Below are positions 43,056-56,463 of a stretch of DNA of 64,000 nt, piece by piece. The translations under genes were made by a program, and so were the position numbers. The DNA lies in assembly GCA_964016885.1 (NCBI GenBank), contig CAXHJY010000547.1:1-64000 (forward strand), in the 5' to 3' direction. The stretch comes from Eledone cirrhosa (taxonomy: Eukaryota). The notes beneath the pieces are model-generated. The model had not been told where the DNA came from. It did not search any database and saw only the letters and a list, made by a program, of their open reading frames with translations. The first letter of the stretch is position 1, and every line of letters begins with the position of its first letter.

Positions 43056-43814
43056 AATTTTATTTTACTTTATTTATTTAAACAGATTTTATGTCAGCTT
43101 TATTTTAGAAACAGAAGTTATACAATGAAAATGTTCAGGGATAAAAACAAAATTAAGTAATGAAAAAAGGGGTAAAAAAGGGCAGATCTGGCTGTATAGG
43201 AAAGTAGAGGACTATAAATAGGGTGAGAGGGAAAGAACATAGACTATTGGGCAACAGAAAGGAAGGGGAGAGGGTAACAGACTACACCCAAGTCGGGGTG
43301 CTGTTTTGGTTGCACCCCACGGCTGTAAAGTTATTGCTGTGGACAGCAACACCTGCAACAGCCACCCCCACCCTGCATGGCTCCTTCCTCAGGTGGGCTG
43401 CTGATGTTCTGTTTTTTTTGGGTGTTTAGTTGTGGGGTTAAGGAGTACATGTCAAATTGGTACACCTCACCTCTTATTAATCAATAGGTATTATCAAGAG
43501 GAAGTTGTTGAAACAAGTTGTGGAGGGCGCCATCTCTGTGAATTCCAACTTATTGCTTTATACATAATTGATTGTTATTCACCCCTCTTCTCACCTTTCC
43601 CCTCTCTCCTTTCCCTCTCTACTCTTTCTTCTTTCTTCCCTCTATCTCTTCCACCTTTCTCCTCTCCCACCCTCTTTCATTCTTCTCTCTCCCTCATTTC
43701 TTCTCCCCCCCCCCCCTCATATAATACAGTTACACCACCCACATATTTCCTTCCTGTTACACCAACCACTGTTTCATAAAGAGGTTGTGTCATGTAAAAT
43801 AAATAAAACTAGTT

Positions 43815-44300
43815 TACACAAGCCCCAGGTCAGCTGTGAGGTTATACAAGTCCCAGGTCAGCTGTGAGGTTATACAAGCCCCAGGTCAGCTGTGAGGTTA
43901 TACAAGTCCCAGGTCAGCTGTGAGGTTATACAAGCCCCAGGTCAGCTGTGAGGTTACACAAGTCCCAGGTCAGTTGTGAGGTTATACAAGCCCCAGATCA
44001 ACTGTGAGGTTATACAAGCCCCAGATCAACTGTGAGGTTATACAAGCCCCAGGTCAACTGTGAGATTATACAAGCCCCAGATCAACTGTGAGGTTATACA
44101 AGCCCCAGATCAACTGTGAGGTTACACAAGCCCCAGATCAACTGTGAGGTTACACAAGTCCCAGGTCAGCTGTGAGGTTATACAAGCCACAGATCAACTG
44201 TGAGGTTGCACAAGTCTCTGGTCAACTGTTATGTAACAGGCCTATGGTGTAAACTAGAAATTATACAAGCCCCAGGTCAGCTGTTATGTAACAGGCCTAT
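43815..44300. repeat. 28-bp minisatellite, ~15 copies
   Basis: Unit approximately TATACAAGCCCCAGGTCAGCTGTGAGGT. Confidence 0.93.
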
Positions 44301-44361
44301 GAATGTTAACACAATCCTGTCAGGGAGTTGATATGTCTCAGCCCCATGTTGTGATGGATGC

Positions 44362-44995
44362 CTAGTGGCTCCCCACTGGTGTGAGGTGTAACATGGTAGG
44401 ACTGTGGCCCCTATCATGGCTCCTCACTGGTGTGAGGTGTAACATGGTAGGACTGAGGCCCCTATCATAATAGCTCCCCACTGGTGTGAGGTGTAACATG
44501 GTAGGACTGTGGCCCCTATCATAATAGCTCCCCACTGGTGTGAGGTATAACATGGTACGACTGTGGCCCCTATAGTGGCTCCCCACTGGTGTGAGGTGTA
44601 ACATGGTAGGACTGTGACCCCTATCATAAAAGCTCACCACTGGTGTGAGGTGTAACATGGTAGGACTGTGACCCCTATAGTGGCTCCCCACTGGTGTGAG
44701 GTGTAACAGGGTGGGACTGTGGCCCTATCATAATACCTCCCCACTGGTGTGAGGTGTAACATGGTAGGACTGTGACCCCTATAATAGCTCCCCACTGGTG
44801 TGAGGTGTAACATGGTAGGACTGTGACCCCTATAGTGGCTCCCCACTGGTGTGAGGTGTAACAGGGTGGGACTGTGGCCCTATCATAATACCTCCCCACT
44901 GGTGTGAGGTGTAACATGGTAGGACTGTGGCCCCTATCATAATACCTCACCACTGGTGTGAGGTGTAACATGGTGGGACTATGGCCCCTATCATT
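44362..44995. repeat. ~50-54-bp minisatellite, ~12 copies
   Basis: Unit approximately GCTCCCCACTGGTGTGAGGTGTAACATGGTAGGACTGTGGCCCCTATCATAATA. Confidence 0.93.
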
Positions 44996-45326
44996 AAAAC
45001 ACCCAAGTAACGTCGCATGAGATACAACTAAGGAGGCGAGCCAATCAAACCTACATATATGAGGTGTAACAACAACATCAGACGACTGAAATACATATTC
45101 AATAAATAATTTTTTGTAACTATGTAATTTCATACATAATAACTCTGTTGCATTTCATTGCTACCATAATACTGGGTAGATAGACCTGATGTAGAGTGCT
45201 CTTACCTGTTTACCCCTTGTTTGAATCATTGCAATGCAACTTTTATGGATAGGCGATACAATAATTAGCTGCATATGTATGTCTATTCATTTATACATAT
45301 GTATATGCACACGTATATACATGCAG

Positions 45327-45367
<41 letters not shown>

Positions 45368-45824
45368 TTTCTCAAAAATATATACACACTTCAACAGCAT
45401 TCTAATAGATATGTGTATACATTTTTGGGGTACATATGTGTGTTTGTGTATGCATATATATACATATATATACATATATATACATATATATACATATACA
45501 CACATGATTTCTAATTGGAAAACTGCAAAAGGAATGAATGGTTTGTGTGTTAGCTGCTGTAAAATGCATCCTGATTTGTACAGCAACCTTGAAGGTTAAT
45601 TCAACTGTAAAATCCAACATATATTTAGAAATATATATCTGGTTCTCTCTCTCTCTTTCCAATAGAATTGGAATTGAGGAGAAAAGGAAGCTTGATAACC
45701 ATTAATTCTAGGTATAAATAGTTTCACTTCACTATTTCAAGGATTAACCCACTCTTTCCTATATTTCTAATGAAAGACACTGCCTTGGATTTTAAAATAA
45801 TTGCGTAAACATATACAGGAAAGA

Positions 45825-46020
45825 ATTGCTGGACAGATTTTATAAGTAAAACCAACCAACAGGAGACCCAGGGGTAAACCCCGAGCAAGATGGTTGGATA
45901 ACATCCATGAGCTTGGCTGGTTTCGCTTAGGGATCCAGCTGGATTAGAGATGCTTGTGACAGGACATGCTGGAAAGAGTGCTTGAGGACTCTGCCCCCAC
46001 AACTCAGGAATAAGTGGAAG
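45825..46020 (+). mobile_element. Old RTE family C 3' remnant (related remnant about 46850-47040)
   Basis: Similar to 48070-48285 (…AGATGGTTGGATAACATCCATGAGCTTGG…TCAGGAATAAGTGG). Confidence 0.65.
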
Positions 46021-46069
46021 CTCATTAGGCTGCTACTTATCTTGGTTTCATTGGCATTGACTGAGAGTA

Positions 46070-46240
46070 CAAGACTTCTCCCTGGACAGGATGCCATTCC
46101 ATCATATTTTCAGTTGAGTGGAATGGAGCAATTGTAAACTAAAGTATCTTGCTCAAGAACAGTCTACCATCTGGTTCAAGAATCAAGCTCATATCATTTC
46201 GACTGTAAGTTCAACACCTTAACCACTGGGCCATGTTTTC
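46070..46240 (-). mobile_element. Degenerate tRNA-SINE remnant
   Basis: Aligns by eye to 3930-4055 (TGGAGCAA...TCTTGCTCAAG...AACCACTGGGCCATG). Confidence 0.6.
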
Positions 46241-47360
46241 ATATGCATGTATTATAAGTTTCATTATATTAAGCTGGTTTTTAGATATAAACACTCTAAC
46301 CCTTTCATTATCATATTTTTTATAAAAATTACTGCCTGAAATTTTCACATAGTTGTGAAAATATTGAAGAGTTTTGATGGATTTGCTAAAATAAATAAGA
46401 TGCTTTTTCTTTTTTTATTTATTAAATACAATTAATTATTGCTAGGAACCTCACAAATATAACACACCAAAATATGTGATCAAAGCGAGAGAAAAGAAAA
46501 ACAAACAAAAACAACCATCAATTCACCACCAAGTGTGACAATCGATCACACACCACACCACACGACACCACACCATACTGTGCCACACCGCACCACACAG
46601 GTCAACGGAAATTTTTGAGGCAAGACAATACACTCGCAGAGTTACTGCAGGTGATGGCAAGGCTACGGCGCTGAAACAACCAGGCACCCTCGTGGGCATC
46701 ACCTGACACCTCGGTAAGGTGAGCAGTTAACAATAAGAACATTGTTGTCAGTGGCCCAGCCCCACCAAACATCTCGAATGTCACACAATAACTTAAGATG
46801 GTCTTTATAACCGAACCTAAGAAGAGTCCTTCTGTAAAATTATGATGGAATATTTCAGATAATTATGAGCACTTTAAAACGGGCAAAACGAACCGGCAGG
46901 GAACCCAGAGGTAGATCCTGAGCAAGATGGTTGGATAACATCAATGAACTCGGCTGGTCTTGCCTGTGGATGCAACCGGATCAGTTGGAGACGGTTGCTT
47001 CTGTCCCGATGACCCTCTAAGGAATAAGTGGGCGAAGAAAAAACTTTAAAATAGTTTTATACTACAGAAGCTGTGGTGGTTGCAGGGGGTTTAATAACAA
47101 AATGGTTTAATATCTTTTAATGGACATATATTTGAAGCAGAATTGGTAAATATAAGGGATGTGTCTAACTCATGCTAGCAAGGAATAAAAGATGTGGTGG
47201 TGATTATGGTGCGGCATGGTGATAGTGGTCGTTGACAGTGACAGTGGTGGTCGCAGTGACTGTGGTGGCAATACCGATAGTGATGATAGTAAAGATATTG
47301 GGGGTGGTGGTGTTGATGTGAATACACAGATGTTAGATATTTAATCATGGGATAAAACCT

Positions 47361-47427
<67 letters not shown>

Positions 47428-47677
47428 TACAGACATCTAGTCACACACATAAACACGTATATACACATATATTCACACACATATATGCACACACCTGCAT
47501 GCACAAACACACACTGTTTGAGGAATGTTAAATGTTATTCCATGAGTCTGCTACAGTTTTTTAATATCTGTGGAACTCAATTAAAGAAATAAACAAGTTC
47601 TGGCTTCATTTTAGATTTATCTCCCAAAATATTCTCATGAATGATGTTTGGTTGGTATTTGGTCAGACTCTTATGGG

Positions 47678-48290
47678 AAAGAATCTCTGAATTGAGAGAT
47701 CACAGCTCCGATACTATGGACATGTGGTTAGAATGTCCCAGGAAAGAATCTCTGGATTGAGAGATCACAGCTCAGATACTATGGACATGTGGTTAGAATG
47801 TCTCAAGAAAGAATCTCTGAATTGAGAGATCACAACTCAGATACTATGGACATGTGGTTAGAATGTCCCAGGAAAGAATCTCTGGATTGAGAGATCACAG
47901 CTCTGATACTATGGACATGTGATTAGAATGTCTCAAGAAAGAATCTCTGAATTGAGAGATCACAGCTCTGATACTACAGACGTGGTTAGAATGTCTCGGG
48001 GAAAGAATCTCCGAATTGAGAGATCACAGCTCCGATACTATGGACATGTGGTTAGAATGTCTCAAGAAAGTACTGCTGGACAGATTTTACGGGAAAAACC
48101 AACCAACAGAAGAGGCAGAGGTAGACCACGAGGAAGATGGTAGGATAACCTCCATGAGCTTGGTTGGTCATGCTTGGGGCTCCAACCAGATCAGTTGGAA
48201 GTGGTTGCTTTTGACAGGACCTGGGGGGCAGGAGTGTTTGAGGACTCTGCCCCAACGACCCTCTCAGGAATAAGTGGAAGAAGAAGATTA
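47678..48290 (+). mobile_element. RTE family C 3' end with a 65-bp coding segment amplified 6 times
   Basis: The repeat encodes LRIERSQLRYYGHVVRMSQE and runs on into ...RRGRGRPRGRW; period 65 bp. Confidence 0.85.
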
Positions 48291-48454
48291 ATGTTTGGTT
48301 GCTGCCTTTAGCAGAGTTGACTTTGTTGCATGGAAAAATAGACGTAAAACGGTGATGATGATGAACGTCACTTGTTTCATCATTACTTTGTTAAACCTTC
48401 ACAGTAGTTGTAACATTAACTGCTCTATATAACCTCACTTAATCATTACCTCGT

Positions 48455-49425
48455 TTGGCAATGTCTGGCAACTGACTTGGTAAACACCCACAAAATTATT
48501 AACCATCTTGTCAACAACAACCCTGAGCACCTTTTTGATTTCCATGTGTCTAACACAAGTGGGCATGCCTACTAAGTCAGAAAACAGCAGCTCCCATGAC
48601 TTTTGGAAACATTTTTTCACGCTCAGAGTTGCTGTAGCATGGAACAAACTACCTGCATCAGTTGTGAGCTGTTGGGACACTGCATCCTTTAAAACCTCCA
48701 TGGAACAAACTACCTGCATCAGTTGTTAGCTGTTGGGACACTGCATCCTTTAAAACCTCCATGGAACAAACTACCTGCATCAGTTGTTAGCTGTTGGGAC
48801 ACTGCATCCTTTAAAACCTCCATGGAACAAACTACCTGCATCAGTTGTGAGCTGTTGGGACACTGCATCCTTTAAAACCTCCATGGAACAAACTACCTGC
48901 ATCAGTTGTTAGCTGTTGGGACACTGCATCCTTTAAAACCTCCATGGAACAAACTACCTGCATCAGTTGTTAGCTGTTGGGACACTGCATCCTTTAAAAC
49001 CTCCATGGAACAAACTACCTGCATCAGTTGTGAGCTGTTGGGACACTGCATCCTTTAAAACCTCCATGGAACAAACTACCTGCATCAGTTGTGAGCTGTT
49101 GGGACACTGCATCCTTTAAAACCTCCATGGAACAAACTACCTGCATCAGTTGTTAGCTGTTGGGACACTGCATCCTTTAAAACCTCCATGGAACAAACTA
49201 CCTGCATCAGTTGTTAGCTGTTGGGACACTGCATCCTTTAAAACCTCCATGCTTTCTGAGATTCACCAACACTATACCTGATATCCCCTTCCATACACAC
49301 GTACACATGTATATCATGACTCATACACTGTTCACTTTCCTGACATTTGTACATTATTCTATATATTATACATGCACCTTTGAGTTGTAGTGCACTGTAC
49401 ACAATAATTTCATAATTATTATTGT
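48455..49425 (+). mobile_element. CR1/L2-type LINE 3' remnant with a 61-bp segment amplified 10 times (48638-49251)
   Basis: KHFFTLRVAVAWNKLPASVVSCWDTASFK matches the FFxxRVxxxWNxLP...FK C-terminal motif of CR1/L2 ORF2. Confidence 0.78.
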
Positions 49426-49826
49426 TATATATGTCACTTGTTCTGTTGCTACCTCGTTAAAACCTCTACATTAGAAATGTAATATTAATTAAAAGGTTTA
49501 TATATGTTACTTGTTCCATCGTTACCTCATTAAAACCTCCACATTAGAAATGTAATATTAATTAAAAGGTTTATATATGTTACTTGTTCCATCGTTACCT
49601 CGTTAAAACTTTCACAGTAATAATGTATTGCTAATTAGTTTATCTAAACTCAGAGGAAAATATCAATCTCGTTAATATCTGTCATCTTTAGATCATATAT
49701 TAATATAATATTTTTGTATATAATATATTGGATAGTTATTGTCTTATATACCCCTGCTGTAATTCACACTCCCTCACCCCATTTATTAAATTTTACTAAT
49801 CTATCTCCAGTGAAATATTATTTTAA

Positions 49827-50312
49827 CCCTTTAGCATTTAAACCAGCCGTATCCGGCCAGAATTCTCTCACCTCTTTCTGTTCAAACTGGTCATAACTGG
49901 CCACTCATACTTATGTTAAGGTATTGTTCTCAAAATAAATAATATCAAATCTCATAAATTCAATATTATGTGAGATAATTATATGAGGTAAAGCCTTTAC
50001 CACAAAAATACAATAGTAAATATAGAGTAATGTAAATGTTAATGTTCAAACCGGCCAAAACTGGCCAGAATTCTCTATCTTTTTCTGTTTAAACTGGCCA
50101 GAATTCTCTATCTTTTTCTGTTTAAACTGGCCAGAATTCTCTATCTTTTTCTGTTTAAACTGGCCATAACTGGTGACTCAAAATTGTTATGGTATTGTTC
50201 TCAAAATAAATACTTTCAAAATCTCATAGATTCGATATTATGTGAGATATTATGCGAGGTAAAGCCTTTACCACAAAAATATAATAGTATATATAATGTA
50301 AATGCTAAAGGG
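49827..50312. mobile_element. piggyBac-type MITE (486 bp) with internal duplication
   Basis: TTAA on both sides (49823-49826, 50313-50316); 14-bp perfect TIR CCCTTTAGCATTTA / TAAATGCTAAAGGG; internal 33-bp repeats. Confidence 0.85.
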
Positions 50313-50920
50313 TTAAGTGGTAGCATTCCTGCAGCAATTAATTTTCTTTAGACATTAAAAAACATACATGACAAAAAAAGTACATTACTAGAAATCCCAT
50401 GTTATAAAATAGGAGGGGTTGGGGTCTCAATATGTAAACTAAATTTTAAATCAATGGAAACCACCTATAAAAATTACTGAACCCCCACTTATTCCACCTT
50501 TCTCTGCTTATTCTACCCCTCCCCCCATTATTTGGGATCCAGGTGTATGTGGTTGTGCTGGTACCATAACAAGAAATACCCTGTCCACCCTATTAGGTAG
50601 TCATTCTGGTGCTATGACAAAAAACACCTAGGAAAGTGCTAAAAAAACCAAGAAACCATGCTGCAATGTGGTTAGCAGTAGGAAAGGTATCCTAAGTAAG
50701 GTAGCCATCTGTAGAAACCAAGCCCAAAACAAACCCATATGAGCAATGTGGTCACCTGACCTTGCTAGTCTCCGCTTAATGTGACAACTCATGAAGGGTG
50801 GGAATAGATGTTGAATGATGACGATGATGATATATATAAATGCATACATACGTACGTACATACATACATACATATATATGGAAGATAGACGTTAAACGAT
50901 GATGATGATGATGCACACAA

Positions 50921-50951
<31 letters not shown>

Positions 50952-51027
50952 CATACATACACATGCACACACCTGCCAGGCATCCTTTGACTAAAATACA
51001 AACCATACTAACAATCTCTCTCTCTCT

Positions 51028-51032
51028 CTGTG

Positions 51033-51099
<67 letters not shown>

Positions 51100-51194
51100 A
51101 TATATATGTATATATATGTGTGTGTGTGTATATATATGTGTGTGTGTGTGTGTGTGTATATATATGTGTGTGTGTATATATGTGTGTGCGTGTG

Positions 51195-51227
<33 letters not shown>

Positions 51228-51436
51228 AAATATATATATATGTGTGTGTGTGTATATATGTATGTGTATATATATATATGGGTGTGTATGTGTATATATA
51301 TATGGGTGTGTGTGTGTATATATATATATGGGTGTGTGTGTGTATATATATATGTGTGTGTATATATATATGTGTGTGTGTATATATATATATGTGTGTG
51401 TGTATATATATATATGTGTGTATATATATATATATA

Positions 51437-51497
<61 letters not shown>

Positions 51498-51550
51498 ATA
51501 TATATATGTGTGTGTGTATATATATGTGCATATATATGTGTATATGTGTT
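51028..51550. repeat. (TA)n(TG)n compound microsatellite
   Basis: Directly visible. Confidence 0.95.
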
Positions 51551-51962
51551 TTCAAGCAAAATGATTGTGACATCCAATTTTTACCTGTTACCTATTTCTA
51601 CTGATCTAATCACACCATTCATTATCTAAAAGAACAGCACTGTACATACAGGTGTGTGTATGTACAGGTGTATTGTTACAGGTGTGTGTACATACAGGTG
51701 TGTGTATGTCCATATTTCTATGAATATACACCCACCAATGTTAGTATGTAAAAGGACTAAATTTCTCTGACTTCAATACAAACGTCTTAAATGTGTCATT
51801 CCTTCACTTCACACACACACACACACACACACAGACACACACTCACACTCACACACACTCTCTCTCTCTCACACATACACCCATCTGTAATTTTGTGTTT
51901 TTCAAATCACTTCACTTGAAATAGCCTCAAATTCATTATTTCAACATAAGAACATCTGGCTG

Positions 51963-52732
51963 ATCTCTCTCTCTCTCTCCCCACACTCTCTCTCTCTCTC
52001 TCTCTCTCCCCCCACTCTCTCTCTCTCCCCCCCGGTCTCCCTCCCTCTCTCTCCCCCTACTCTCTCCCCTCACTCTCTCTCTCCCCCACTCCCCCCACTC
52101 TCTCTCCCCCACTCTCTCTCTCCCCACTCTCTCTCTCTCCCCCACTCTCCCTCTCTCCCCCACTCTCCATTCTATCTACCCACTCTCCCTTCTATCTACC
52201 CACTCTCCCTTCTATCTACCCACTCTCCCTTCTATCTACCCACTCTCCCTTCTATCTACCCACTCCCCCTTCTATCTACCCACTCCACTCTCTCTCCCTC
52301 CCTCCACTCTCTCTCTCTCTCTCCCTCCACACCCTCTCTCTCTCCCTCCACACCCTCTCTCTCTCCCTCCACTCTCTCTCTCTCTTCCACTCTCTCTCCC
52401 TCCACTCTCTCTCCCTCCACTCTCTCTCTCTTCCACTCTCTCTCCCTCCACTCTCTCTCTCTTCCACTCTCTCTCCCTCCACTCTCTCTCTCCCACTTTC
52501 TATCTCTCCACTCTCTCTATCTCTCCACTCTCTCTCCCTCTCCACTCTCTCTCTCCCTCTCCACTCTCTCTCTCCCTCTCCACTCTCTCTCTCCCTCTCC
52601 ACTCTCTCTCTCCCTCTCCACTCTCTCTCTCCCTCTCCACTCTCTCTCTCCACTCTCTCTCTCCACTCTCTCTCTTCACTCTCTCTCCCTCTCCACTCTC
52701 TCTCTCCCCCACCCCACCCCCACACTCCCCCA
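51963..52732. repeat. (CT)n-rich polypyrimidine tract including a 20-bp repeat x6 (52161-52285)
   Basis: Directly visible; the Glu/Arg/Gly-rich ORFs are artefacts. Confidence 0.95.
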
Positions 52733-52767
52733 TTAAATTCTATATACATATATATATATATATATAT

Positions 52768-53613
52768 AGAATTTAGTATATCTACTAACATATGCGTACA
52801 GATGTACGCTAATGCCAGCAAATACATAAGTTATGTCATAGTACCTAGGTAGTTCAATGCAGGAGGATGCAGAACAATAATATGAAGGACGTAAAATAAG
52901 AAAATTTAAAAAAAGATTTAAAAAATTAACTTACTTACTAAAATTTTCACTCCAACTAATTAGTTTCTGCAATGGGATAAAGACAGTTACGTAATATAAC
53001 CGTCGAGAATTCATTGCGTCATCAGGGAGTCTATTCTCAGCTAAGTCTCCAGGCAATGCGCGGACACCGGGGACTCATATAAAAATAATAATAATTCGGT
53101 AGATGGAACAGCTAGCGGGGACTGGATTCCATGCACTGAAAAGGTCGCTGTCTCTGGTCAAATGGCAGATTCTAAAGAATCAATCACGTGACACTGAGGC
53201 TAGTCGGAAGGAGTGGGATGGTAAGATAACAGAAGCCTACTACCACACCAATGAATTAGTAGTGGTTTTGGCAGGTTTGCTAAACAAATAAATAATTTGG
53301 AGATAAATATAGAGAATTTAGTATATCTACTAACATATGCGTACAGATGTACGCTAATGCCAGCAAATACATAAGTTATGTCATAGTACCTAGGTGGTTC
53401 AATGCAGGAGGATGCAGAACAATAATATGAAGGACGTAAAATAAAAAAATTTAAAAAAAGATTTAAAAAATTAACTTACTAATGACGCAATGAATTCTCG
53501 ATGGTTATATTACGTAACTGTCTTTATCCCATTGTAGAAACTAATTAGTTGGAGTGAAAATTTTAGTAAGTTAATTTTTTAAATCTTTTTTTAAATTTTC
53601 TTATTTTACGTCC

Positions 53614-53619
<6 letters not shown>
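52768..53619 (-). mobile_element. Non-autonomous hammerhead-bearing mini-PLE / retrozyme-like element: ~1.3 tandem units of 545 bp plus an inverted segment
   Basis: Direct repeat 52768-52934 / 53313-53480; HHR at 52949-53030; 53482-53619 is an inverted copy of about 52880-53022. Confidence 0.8.
52949..53030 (-). ncRNA. Type I hammerhead ribozyme motif, family H1
   Basis: Stem I ACTCC/GGAGT; CTGATGA; GCAATG/CATTGC; GAAAC-TAATTA-GTT. Confidence 0.8.
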
Positions 53620-53669
<50 letters not shown>

Positions 53670-53676
53670 TATATAC

Positions 53677-53739
<63 letters not shown>

Positions 53740-53740
53740 C

Positions 53741-53787
<47 letters not shown>

Positions 53788-53788
53788 C

Positions 53789-53859
<71 letters not shown>

Positions 53860-53874
53860 CATATATATATATAC

Positions 53875-53955
<81 letters not shown>

Positions 53956-53998
53956 CATATATATATATACATATATATATATACATATATATATATAC

Positions 53999-54029
<31 letters not shown>

Positions 54030-54036
54030 CATATAC

Positions 54037-54067
<31 letters not shown>

Positions 54068-54068
54068 C

Positions 54069-54483
<415 letters not shown>

Positions 54484-54491
54484 CATATATG

Positions 54492-54555
<64 letters not shown>

Positions 54556-54586
54556 CATATATATATATACATATATATATATATAC

Positions 54587-54665
<79 letters not shown>

Positions 54666-54666
54666 C

Positions 54667-54744
<78 letters not shown>

Positions 54745-54748
54745 GTAC

Positions 54749-54794
<46 letters not shown>

Positions 54795-54798
54795 GTAC

Positions 54799-54829
<31 letters not shown>

Positions 54830-55077
54830 CATATATGTATATACATATATATATATATATATACATATATGTATATATATATATATATGTATATACATAT
54901 ATATATATATATATACATATATGTATATATATATATATATGTATATACATATATATATATATATATATATACATATATGTATATATATATATATATGTAT
55001 ATACATATATATATATATATATACATATATGTATATATATATATATATGTATATACATATATATATATATATATACA

Positions 55078-55109
<32 letters not shown>

Positions 55110-55285
55110 GATAGATATAGATAGGTAAATATACACGGGTGTGTATGATTGTGTATAGAAGATTATATTAATAAGAGGAATTCCAACTTTGTCTGATTTA
55201 CTCGTTTTATTTACAATCCTTTAAAATATATATAATGGTATTATAATGAAATAGTATGATAGAATATTAAATTCTAAGTGTTAAT

Positions 55286-55324
55286 TGAACAAGTACTTTC
55301 ATGCTTTCGCAATCTTCAGGTTCA
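55286..55324 (-). ncRNA. Compact 39-nt type I hammerhead motif
   Basis: Minus strand TGAAC-CTGAAGA-T-TGC-GAAA-GCA-T-GAA-AGTACT-T-GTTCA: perfect stem I, GNRA-capped stem II, palindromic stem III, CUU triplet. Confidence 0.78.
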
Positions 55325-55644
55325 TGATATGTGGTGACAGTCGAGTTTGCAATTTTCAACTGTAATGAGATGGGTAAATTTCCTACCTTTTATACATTTT
55401 ATACAGAGAAAAGTGGCTCCAGAATGCAAAGCCCTGTAAACTGTATTTCGACCAATCAGTGTGTAGTTTCACTGAATTACTACAGCTGATTGGTTTAAGC
55501 GTCACGGCTGGTTGAGCATGCTAACGACCAATAGTCATATCCAACGTATCAATTGTTTTGCTTTTTTGAAATGATGAAAATAGCATTTTCTATTAATCAT
55601 CACCTGTATATTCTTTTCTTGCCTGTATATTCTCTTCATTCTCG

Positions 55645-55757
55645 CATGCTCCGAAGATCTGACTGGTTATAATTTTGTATTGGCGATCGAGTAACGTGAA
55701 AATAAGCGAATAGCGATCTCTAGACCTACCAGTTCAGAGAAACAATTGTCAACTATG
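55645..55757 (+). ncRNA. Degenerate hammerhead motif with long stem II insert
   Basis: CCGAAGA (U4 replaced by C); TCTGACTGGT/ACCAG-T-TCAGA; GAAAC-AATT-GTC; imperfect stem I. Confidence 0.6.
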
Positions 55758-55806
55758 AAATTAAAAACCTTTTTTGTATAGCAAACCATGTCAACCTTCT
55801 TTCCTG

Positions 55807-55860
<54 letters not shown>

Positions 55861-55863
<3 letters not shown>

Positions 55864-56463
55864 AGGTCACCAGTTGGTGCTACTGGTAACATGTATCCCA
55901 GTACAACCTGTCTCATGGTCGGGTCGTTGGCGACTCAACTGGCAACCCCACCAAGGTTTCTTGGTGAGGAGGGTGACTTTGAACATCCTGCAGGACTAAA
56001 AACAAAACCTGTCAAAGGGCAAAGGAGCTCTTAAGAGTCAATGGCCATCCAAAATCACCGGGAGAGATGACCCCTTAGCCTTTGTGAAGGCAGAATTCTA
56101 GAAGGAAAACTCTGATATAACACCTGCAACCCTGATGATATCCAATTATGTTGACTTGTTCTTCTTTTTGGTAAATATCATCTTGGTTAAGAGAGTGGGA
56201 CTGGCTTTGTGCAGTGCCTTTGCTCACTATAAAAGCTTCAAGGCACAGGCATTGCTTTATATCTGGAGATCTCTCTGCACTTGTCGTCACATAGTACCAC
56301 GGGCCCAGCACTATGTATCAATAATTGTCACAGGTGTAGTGTTTGTACCAGAGTTTTCAAGTCGTTGGCTGGACTAAAAGTCACACTTGTTTAGCGCATC
56401 GGTAGGGGTTCTCCTACATGGATATAAAGTAGTGGCCGTACTCGAAAACGAGTTGGCAGCCAC

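Noticed and set aside
43331-43480. Minus-strand frame ending ...GAMQGGGGCCRCCCPQQ*, resembling a lipidated C-terminus
   Set aside because: An upstream stop is close and there is no convincing splice acceptor; likely chance.
42678-49251. CRISPR-like arrays
   Set aside because: Head-to-tail minisatellites without unique spacers; no cas genes; eukaryotic context.
52272-52827. Glu/Arg/Gly-rich ORFs
   Set aside because: Translations of the (GA)n-rich repeat.
56132-56175. CTGATGA in element X as a hammerhead core
   Set aside because: No stem II/GAAA partner, and the other copies read CTGATGG.
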